From a virus, in the IMG/VR virus record IMGVR_UViG_3300010354_000046, positions 77,604 through 141,603 of that record: a DNA stretch of 64,000 nucleotides; one strand, given 5' to 3'. Shown here in pieces: positions 57,125 to 64,000 of the stretch. Numbering within the stretch: position 1 is the stretch's first letter; each line of letters starts with the position of its first letter. The notes below the pieces were generated by a model. That model was not told the origin of the DNA, did no database searches, and saw only the letters and a list, made by a program, of their open reading frames with translations. A program made the position numbers and the translations under genes.

Positions 57125-58855
57125 TTATGCAGCTGGTGGTGTTGCAGGTGCCGGAGCCACTGGCGGAACACCTGGCGCAGCAGCTCCTGGACTTAATTCT
57201 GCTTCCATATCTTCTGGTGCAGACAAGTCTCCAGCCATGCCTAAGTCTCCTTCGATGCCGCCAGCACTTAGTCCTGCACTACGCAATTCTCCCGCAGAGT
57301 CAGTGAGTGTTGGTTGACCTTTACCATTTTCTTCTGCCCACATACGTTCGTTTTCTGCAATTTCTTCTTCAGTTAGACCTAAGAAACGCTTCATAGCAAA
57401 TCGCTTACTGACGAATGGAACTGCTTGAATCGTATTAAACGTGTTAATTCGTTGGCCGTCCATATCTGCTTGGCGACTGCTAGCAAAGTTTAGCGGAGGG
57501 TTAAACTTTAATTCAAACAAGTTTGAATCAATATTCACACCTCGAAGATTCATATACAGCTTGAATTCTTCGTCAAATACACTAGTAACTAGTGCTTGTA
57601 AACGTTCGCAATACTTATTAAAACGCAATTCTTGAATGTACGCTGTACCAACACGACCATCATTAAAACTTGCTTGACTGTCGTCTGCACCTGTTGGCAA
57701 ATAGCTACTCGGTATACGTAAACCACGGAATAATTTGTTAGTAAAGTACTTTAAATCATCAATCTCGCCGAGATTCGTCCCTCCAGGTAAAGTCTCAACT
57801 TTAGATCCTCGTCCTTCGGCGGTCTGAGGAAAGAAGTAATCTTCATTAATAGACAATGGATTATAAGCACTATCGATAACATTTTGTCCGCCGCCGGTTT
57901 GGCTTGGGATTCTTCGCTGATGGATTTCATTTTTAACCCTTTCTACGAACGCCATGGCCATGTGTCCTGGCATATTACCAACGTCAATATGGAACACACG
58001 ACGTTCCGGAGCACGTTGAATTCTATAGATTAGAATAGCATCTTCAAGTAATTCTTTTTGCTTATAAACTTTAAAAATGTTTTCTAAAAGACTATTTCCA
58101 AATGGGTAATTATTGTCTAAACCTTCACTTAAACTCAAGTGAACAATGTGTTTAGCATCAATAGCATATTCAGTTTCAGTTGTACCAAAACGACTTCCAC
58201 CGCTCGGGCTAGGAAATGTGCCACCGCCTTTTCCTGTTGGTGCAAGATAGCCACCGGCGCCTGTGCTACCAGCATTATTGCGTGGATTTATGTTTGGAGT
58301 TATCTGTGTAGCAACCAAATCCATAAAGTTTGGTGCAAGATCTTTGACAACATATTGCTCAGGCTTCTTACCTTCGCTTTCATTTACAATAACTTTAACT
58401 AGCTTACTAGGATCGATGTATTGCCATTTTTGTGTTTCAGGATCTCTAATAAAGAAGGCATCTCCGTACTTGAATGTGTTACGCATCATACGGAATATTC
58501 TAGTATCAAACTTATTAGTTTTTACCCACTGTTGTAGATATTCTCCAAGAATTCTTATTTCACTGTTAGTTGCTTTACGGCGCCACTGGATACTAAAAGG
58601 TGTTTTTCCATCTTTTAGTTTTTGTGTTGAAAATTCTGCTAAAATGTCCAAAGCTGCATTAACTTCAGGATCGCTGTCCATTACTTCGTATTGCAAATAT
58701 CGTTCAACACGATTTGGACTACCAGTATACACATCTGGTAAGTAACTGGAATAATTAGCTTTCGCTGGTCCTGGACGCACTGAAGCTCCACCACTGGAGA
58801 TTGAGCTTAATTGATTACCTGTTGGTACAGGTGTAAAAAACTTTTTCCAAGACAT
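57125..58855 (-). CDS. gp20: Portal protein (T4 gp20 family)
   Basis: LLEDAILIYRIQRAPERRVFHIDVGNMP, EDYFFP..GRGSKVETLPGG.NLGEIDD and LRIPSS. Confidence 0.97.
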   Translation of the reverse strand: MSWKKFFTPVPTGNQLSSISSGGASVRPGPAKANYSSYLPDVYTGSPNRVERYLQYEVMDSDPEVNAALDILAEFSTQKLKDGKTPFSIQWRRKATNSEIRILGEYLQQWVKTNKFDTRIFRMMRNTFKYGDAFFIRDPETQKWQYIDPSKLVKVIVNESEGKKPEQYVVKDLAPNFMDLVATQITPNINPRNNAGSTGAGGYLAPTGKGGGTFPSPSGGSRFGTTETEYAIDAKHIVHLSLSEGLDNNYPFGNSLLENIFKVYKQKELLEDAILIYRIQRAPERRVFHIDVGNMPGHMAMAFVERVKNEIHQRRIPSQTGGGQNVIDSAYNPLSINEDYFFPQTAEGRGSKVETLPGGTNLGEIDDLKYFTNKLFRGLRIPSSYLPTGADDSQASFNDGRVGTAYIQELRFNKYCERLQALVTSVFDEEFKLYMNLRGVNIDSNLFELKFNPPLNFASSRQADMDGQRINTFNTIQAVPFVSKRFAMKRFLGLTEEEIAENERMWAEENGKGQPTLTDSAGELRSAGLSAGGIEGDLGMAGDLSAPEDMEAELSPGAAAPGVPPVAPAPATPPAA

Positions 58856-58857
58856 AA

Positions 58858-61584
58858 TTATCCTCTTAAGGAGATGTTAGGATCCATACGCTTAGTTGCA
58901 CGAATCTGTTTCTCGATGCCACCGACCATTTCGGATGAATAAGATAGCATCTCTCCCATAGTCTTATTTAACTGAATTAATTGATCCTTGAGATCGTCTA
59001 GATTTGTACTGGCTTGTAAAGGATTACTTGGTTCTTCTTTTTTAACAACTGGTTCTGTAACAACAGTTCTTTTCATTGCTTCAGCTTTTGATTGAGCAAC
59101 TTCGTTTGGAATTGATCTGCTTATACTTTTTACTTGATTAGTGTCTGGAACTTTTATGTTACCAAACTGTGACATAGCATTTTTGGTAAGAGGTCCTAGT
59201 AGTCCGTCTATTTTAATATTAGCACCTTTGGCAACTAGTTCTTTTTGTAAGGCTTCTATATTGTCATCAAAGCCTTTTGGTTTTGGTTGCTCTGGTTTTG
59301 CCGTTTTAACTTTTTCAATAGCCAACGATAGTGTTTCAGTTACAGAAGATTTCAATGCCGATTCTTTTTCAGTTTCTGCTTTTACTGTTTCTGAAATTTT
59401 ATCACTATTAATTTGTTTAATATCTAGTTCTTTAAGCCCAGTTTCTTTAACAATTTCTGTTAACGCATCCGATGCAGATTTTTTAGTTTCAACTTCGTAT
59501 TTGATGCCGTCGTCAATGCGTTTTTGAATTTCGGCTTTTTTAGCTTCATAATCTTCTTTAATTTTTTGTGCTTCAACATCGGCACGCATAGCTGCTTGAA
59601 CTTTAGAAAATTTACGGTCTTCTACAGCCATACCTTCAATAAGAACTTCTTTACGTTTTTGCCAGTCGGTTCCAAATTTTTGACTTAAGGCATCCATTTC
59701 AGCTTGCGCCGATTTACTGTCATCAGACTGCACACGCTTGGTAGTAGTTTCGCCACCGCCTGTAATTGATTCACTAGTTAACGTATTTTGATTTATTGTT
59801 TCAGACTTGGCGCTTTTCCATATATTTGAAACGAGACCTTTGATCTGTGGCAATGTCATGACCGCTTCTTTTTCATGTAATATTGCCGGAGTACCTGCTC
59901 CAAAATCTTCAACTATATTATCAACATTTGGACTCCCGCCTGCTCTCGACACCGGCGGTTGTCCGAAGTTTGCTCTAGGAGCAGCAGACGAAGTTGTTGG
60001 CATTTCAACACCTAGAGTTTTGCCATAATTAGTCAACGCTGATTGAAATCCTTCTGCAACTTTTCTTCCTGCACCAATCCAGTCGCCTTTAGAGATAGCA
60101 TTTGTAATTTCACTAAAGTTTGGAATATTAACAACACCACCTCGATCTATAGCAGAAGTAGTTTTACCATCAATTGTTTGTACATTTTTTGTAAATGCGT
60201 CTGTTGTTTTTAAAATTTTATCGCCAGCAGAACCTGCTACAGTTAGTCCTTTAACAGTTTTATCTGCACCAATAACCATAGCTGACATAGTGTCATTTAA
60301 TCGATTTAACACTTGTATCAATACTTCAGTAGGTTGTGCTGCTTGTTTTGCTTGTTGAACTTCTCTTAATTTTTGTTCGGCAGCTCTCTTTTCCGTATCT
60401 GTTTTAGCTTCTTCAACTGCTTTTCGAGCATCAGCTTCGGCACGGCCACTGGCAAGGTCTTGAGCAAATCTGCCGCGTCTTTCTAATGCTTGTGCAGCCT
60501 CCGCATCAGAAATTTCTCTACCTTGGCGTCTTGCTTCTTCTTTAGTTTTTTCTATAGCATTAGCATAGTTTCTTGCACTTATCGATATTTCGCCTAATGC
60601 TTCAGCTGTCTCACCTTGACCATATCGAATTTGATTTAAACTTTGATCGCTGGTAACTTGTCTTGCTACTGCTGCCTGAGCTTCTCTTAAAGCTGCATTT
60701 GCCCTTGCTCGACTTTCATCGTCTGTTGCATTTCGTACTTGATTAATAGCATCTCGTAATTGATTTCCTGCTGGGCCAAGAGCATTTAATTGAGATATTG
60801 ATTTTTGACTTAACGCTTGACCAGAATAAATTTCATCAGCTAACTTATCTAAACCAATGCCTTTCATCTGCGTTGACATTTTCATGTATGCATCTGCTGC
60901 ATCTTTGCCGCCGGCTCTTATTTGTTGTTCAATAGTTGCTTGTACTCTTGCGTTTCCTTGTTTTTCTTGAAGAGCCTTTTGTTGTTCTTGTCTACTTACA
61001 CCAGTTAATTGTGCAACTTTGTCCATCTCAAGTGCAAGGTCGGCGGCGGCCATATTAGCTTTCTTACGAGACTCTGCATCATTAAAATCAATATTTTTTC
61101 TTCCTGCTACACTTATAGCAAGAACATCGTTGTATTCTTTGGTAGTATAACCGATTTTTCTTAATTCATCAGCGGCTGTGGTATCACTAAATTCTTTTGA
61201 AAGTCTATTGAAGTTTTTAGTTCCATCGGTGATTGTGCCACCAAGAGCTGTAATATTAGGAATTAGCGTACTAAGAGTTTGACTATATTCTTGAACACTC
61301 AAACGTGTTCCAGCAATACTAGCTCTAAATCCTATAGCGTCATTGTTAAAATTAACACCAAATTTACTAAATTCTCGGTAGGCGTCTAAAGATTCGCCCA
61401 CAATGCCTTTGGCTGCTCCAAACGCACCACTAAGGCCTTCTACTGCTTTGCCTGCTAGGCCGGCGCTGGTATTAAGTGCTGTAATTCCGGTAGAAGCTGG
61501 CGCTGGTCCGGGCGTTGAATTTCTACTAATAGCTTGTCGGAGTAAATTATTATTTTCTGCAAGCAATTCTTCTACTGATGGCAT
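58858..61584 (-). CDS. Tape-measure-like protein
   Basis: 908-aa Ala/Gln/Lys-rich helical protein with LHEKEAVM motif near the C-terminus; adjacent to the gp26-like gene. Confidence 0.6.
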   Translation of the reverse strand: MPSVEELLAENNNLLRQAISRNSTPGPAPASTGITALNTSAGLAGKAVEGLSGAFGAAKGIVGESLDAYREFSKFGVNFNNDAIGFRASIAGTRLSVQEYSQTLSTLIPNITALGGTITDGTKNFNRLSKEFSDTTAADELRKIGYTTKEYNDVLAISVAGRKNIDFNDAESRKKANMAAADLALEMDKVAQLTGVSRQEQQKALQEKQGNARVQATIEQQIRAGGKDAADAYMKMSTQMKGIGLDKLADEIYSGQALSQKSISQLNALGPAGNQLRDAINQVRNATDDESRARANAALREAQAAVARQVTSDQSLNQIRYGQGETAEALGEISISARNYANAIEKTKEEARRQGREISDAEAAQALERRGRFAQDLASGRAEADARKAVEEAKTDTEKRAAEQKLREVQQAKQAAQPTEVLIQVLNRLNDTMSAMVIGADKTVKGLTVAGSAGDKILKTTDAFTKNVQTIDGKTTSAIDRGGVVNIPNFSEITNAISKGDWIGAGRKVAEGFQSALTNYGKTLGVEMPTTSSAAPRANFGQPPVSRAGGSPNVDNIVEDFGAGTPAILHEKEAVMTLPQIKGLVSNIWKSAKSETINQNTLTSESITGGGETTTKRVQSDDSKSAQAEMDALSQKFGTDWQKRKEVLIEGMAVEDRKFSKVQAAMRADVEAQKIKEDYEAKKAEIQKRIDDGIKYEVETKKSASDALTEIVKETGLKELDIKQINSDKISETVKAETEKESALKSSVTETLSLAIEKVKTAKPEQPKPKGFDDNIEALQKELVAKGANIKIDGLLGPLTKNAMSQFGNIKVPDTNQVKSISRSIPNEVAQSKAEAMKRTVVTEPVVKKEEPSNPLQASTNLDDLKDQLIQLNKTMGEMLSYSSEMVGGIEKQIRATKRMDPNISLRG

Positions 61585-61608
61585 TATTTTTTTCCTAAAA
61601 TATGCGTA

Positions 61609-61634
61609 TATAAATACAGCTATAGTATATTTAT
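61609..61634. promoter_or_regulatory. Face-to-face late promoters: TATAAATA (+, 61609-61616) and ATAAATA (-, 61628-61634)
   Basis: Exact T4 late consensus on the + strand. Confidence 0.7.
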
Positions 61635-61646
61635 CCGGAGATCTAT

Positions 61647-62474
61647 ATGGGTTCTAATCCTCTACAGCAATATTTTAGACAGCCTAAAGTATTTTTAAAA
61701 TTACCAAGCCTTGGTGTTTACAATACGCCGGGTTTTATTGAAGGATCAGTTGAAAATATTCCAGTGTTTGGGATGACTGGCATGGATGAAATATTACTTA
61801 AAACACCCGATGCTTTGATCAGCGGCGAAACAACTGTCAAAGTTGTACAAAGTTGCTGTCCAAGTATCAAAGATGGATGGGAAATTAGTAATCTTGACAT
61901 CGATGCATTGTTAGTTGCTGTGCGTATAGCCACTTACGGAAATATCATGTCTGTGACACATGTCTGTAAACAATGTTCAAATGAAATGAGTTTCGATATA
62001 GAGTTGCAACATATCATAGAACACTTTAATAGATGTACATTTGATCCAAAGGTAATGTTTGGAGATTTAATAATCAAATTGAAACCATTAACATATCGAG
62101 AAACTACTAACTTCAACCTGGAAAATTTTGCATTACAGAAAAAATTAGGGCAAGTTTTAGAAATTCAAGACGAAGAAATTAAACAAGGTCATTTAGCAGA
62201 AATTTTTAAAGCCGTAGGTGAATTACAAAACCGAGTGTTTATAGCCGGTGTTGAAAGTGTTGAAACACCTGCTGGTGTTGTTTCTGAACGTGGATATATT
62301 AAAGAATGGTTAGAAAATGCCGACAAAATTGTGTTTGACAAACTAAAAGAACACATAGGCAAGAACAACGATGTATGGCGTGTTCCGCCTAACAATATCA
62401 AGTGCGATGCATGCGGACACGAAGATAGCTTTTTAGTTGAATTGGATCAATCAAATTTTTTCGCAGGCGCCTAA
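61647..62474 (+). CDS. gp26: T4 gp26-like baseplate hub/tail assembly chaperone
   Basis: LPS.G..Y, MTGMDEILLKTPDAL, D.DALLVAVRIATYG, two CxxC pairs and C-terminal NFF. Confidence 0.7.
   Translation: MGSNPLQQYFRQPKVFLKLPSLGVYNTPGFIEGSVENIPVFGMTGMDEILLKTPDALISGETTVKVVQSCCPSIKDGWEISNLDIDALLVAVRIATYGNIMSVTHVCKQCSNEMSFDIELQHIIEHFNRCTFDPKVMFGDLIIKLKPLTYRETTNFNLENFALQKKLGQVLEIQDEEIKQGHLAEIFKAVGELQNRVFIAGVESVETPAGVVSERGYIKEWLENADKIVFDKLKEHIGKNNDVWRVPPNNIKCDACGHEDSFLVELDQSNFFAGA
62453..62462 (+). other. Candidate -1 programmed ribosomal frameshift site (A AAT TTT / T TTT TTC)
   Basis: Two overlapping in-frame X XXY YYZ heptamers; the -1 frame is open into ORF 62480..62695. Confidence 0.65.
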
Positions 62475-62479
62475 CACGG

Positions 62480-62695
62480 TTGTCAGATGAAGAGATTGCA
62501 GATTATCTTGTTAGGCTAGAAAAAGAAGTAGTTAAATTTAAAGAAGAATTGTTTAGAATAGCATGGTTTATGCGTGGAGGTATCAACATAAACGATTTGT
62601 TTGATCGATATTCATCTGAAGATATTAATATTATGACAGAAATTATCAAAGAAAATATTGAAGCAACTAAAGCTACTCAAATGAATTTGCTTTAA
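62480..62695 (+). CDS. Small gp51-like ORF, probably expressed as a frameshift extension of the gp26-like gene
   Basis: TTG start with no clear RBS; lies in the -1 frame relative to the upstream gene. Confidence 0.6.
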   Translation: MSDEEIADYLVRLEKEVVKFKEELFRIAWFMRGGININDLFDRYSSEDINIMTEIIKENIEATKATQMNLL

Positions 62696-63642
62696 CGTTT
62701 GATGTCTTTAATACTGAAATCCCAAGAATTTAATTTATTAGGATCGTAGTCAGTTGGTGCTTTTCCAGACGAGTTATCTCTAGCTCTGGAGCCCGGAGCG
62801 GAAGAAGTACCAGCTACATCAGCATTTCCACCAGAAGAATCTGTTTTATCCGATGCATCATCACTACCGCTAACTTTATCTTTGATGTCTTGCACTACAT
62901 CGTCTACCGTTTTATTACCAGTAGCCACATCGCCTGCATATCCAGCTATAACTGTTAAAAGATTTCCTGCTATAACAGCAGCATTTCCTAGCGTTCCTAC
63001 AACAAGTCCGCCTAGCATGTTAGTTAATGTGGATTTACCCTGCTCAGTCTGAAAGTAATATACAAGTGCCGCACGACCTGTTGCCGAAGAAACGGCTCGA
63101 ATTATTTCAGCAGCATTAGGCATTTTTAAAAGTCCTACCAAGCCAGGAACAAGATTAACAGCCTGCTTAATACCAGGCAAGTTTGCCAACTTTAGTACAA
63201 CCTTAGGAGCAATCCATTGAGCGATTGTCAATCCAAGCAGATTTCGATACTCGCGATCGTACTCTTCGCCACCATTAGGATATTTGGCTTGTAGCTCTTT
63301 CCATCCGGTATAATAGTCATATGCGGCATTGGCCAAGCCAAAGAAGTTAATAAGTTGTATAGCTTCGTTACTGTAATGTCTTGTTAGAAATGCAGCATCT
63401 GCACGACCAGCGGCACGTCTGGCTTTGGCAGCTTCTTTTTCTGCATTGGCTGCACGAACTCTATCTGCATGACTCATACGAGGAGTATTATCAGGAGTAG
63501 TTTTTGCAGCTCGTGCGGCATCATCAGCAGCCCCTCCGGCCTTACTAGTACCCTTTCCTGCACCCTTGATGGCTCGAGCTAGAAGTTTATCAATGAATGC
63601 TTCTTGAATAGGTGTTTCGGAAATGATTTCTGTAATTTTCAT
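62692..63642 (-). CDS. Hypothetical protein, possible internal (ejected) virion protein
   Basis: MKITEIISE..IQEA N-terminus, hydrophobic Gly/Ala-rich helices, upstream ATAAATA motif. Confidence 0.6.
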   Translation of the reverse strand: MKITEIISETPIQEAFIDKLLARAIKGAGKGTSKAGGAADDAARAAKTTPDNTPRMSHADRVRAANAEKEAAKARRAAGRADAAFLTRHYSNEAIQLINFFGLANAAYDYYTGWKELQAKYPNGGEEYDREYRNLLGLTIAQWIAPKVVLKLANLPGIKQAVNLVPGLVGLLKMPNAAEIIRAVSSATGRAALVYYFQTEQGKSTLTNMLGGLVVGTLGNAAVIAGNLLTVIAGYAGDVATGNKTVDDVVQDIKDKVSGSDDASDKTDSSGGNADVAGTSSAPGSRARDNSSGKAPTDYDPNKLNSWDFSIKDIKR

Positions 63643-63660
63643 AGTAGTGTATTTATTAAA

Positions 63661-64000
63661 GATGAACTTACGTTCATCTGTTCTTCGCTATCGCTCGAAC
63701 TTTTGTTATTATTTTAACGCGAAGCGTTTAAGATATTATCTAGATTGTTCAGTCACACTTAGCCCTAATGGGCTAAAGTTCGACATTATCTGAGTTGCAC
63801 ATGTCACACAGCAGTAGAGCATTGCAGAGGCGGTTGTCCGGTACCTCGAGCTCCGTCTTATCACAACGGCGGGTCTATTCTAGTCTGCTATCACTAGCCT
63901 AGCCGTGGGTTATTAAACCTCATTTTACCTATGTTATTCCTTTTCCAACAACCAAACAGCAGGTTTTAAGCTGTCCTCATCCTTTCGGGTAGTGGTTGAG
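63661..64000. ncRNA. Structured non-coding element (candidate ncRNA or origin), truncated by window end
   Basis: No ORF in the track; many stems, e.g. GATGAAC-ttac-GTTCATC and TTAGCCC-taat-GGGCTAA, plus an imperfect direct repeat. Confidence 0.45.

Noticed and set aside
52918-58855. Introns or inteins in capsid, protease or portal
   Set aside because: Reading frames are continuous, with family motifs in the expected order and no splice motifs.
1-64000. Stop-codon reassignment
   Set aside because: Genes up to 3191 codons are intact in the standard code, and TAA, TGA and TAG all end plausible genes.

Overview
The window is the virion-morphogenesis region of a large, AT-rich T4-superfamily myovirus that is only distantly related to T4. 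The host cannot be determined. From left to right it holds the 5' part of the tail sheath gene, an HNH-like gene, dNMP kinase, neck and tail-completion genes and a Nudix hydrolase. A ~13 kb divergent cassette of tailoring enzymes follows: 4 flavin-dependent halogenase-like proteins, 6 2OG-Fe(II)/cupin oxygenases, a GT9-like glycosyltransferase, a NodU/CmcH-type carbamoyltransferase and one unknown protein. Next come a fibre chaperone, a Gly/Cys-rich tail fibre, ~30 kb of paralogous giant fibre/appendage genes and the head module (major capsid, scaffolds, protease, portal). The window ends with a tape-measure-like gene, a gp26-like gene and a structured non-coding tract. Main leads: (1) the enzyme cassette beside a fibre tip with 29 Cys in its C-terminal half, a candidate virion-protein modification system; (2) an in-frame -1 slippery site that would fuse the gp26-like gene to the next ORF, like lambda G/GT; (3) phycobiliprotein-like CxRD repeats in the 3191-aa protein; (4) several structured RNA/DNA elements, and leaderless genes behind a NTAAATA late-promoter motif. 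I found no tRNA, rRNA, CRISPR array, transposase or intron. All calls come from motif recognition by eye, with no database searches.
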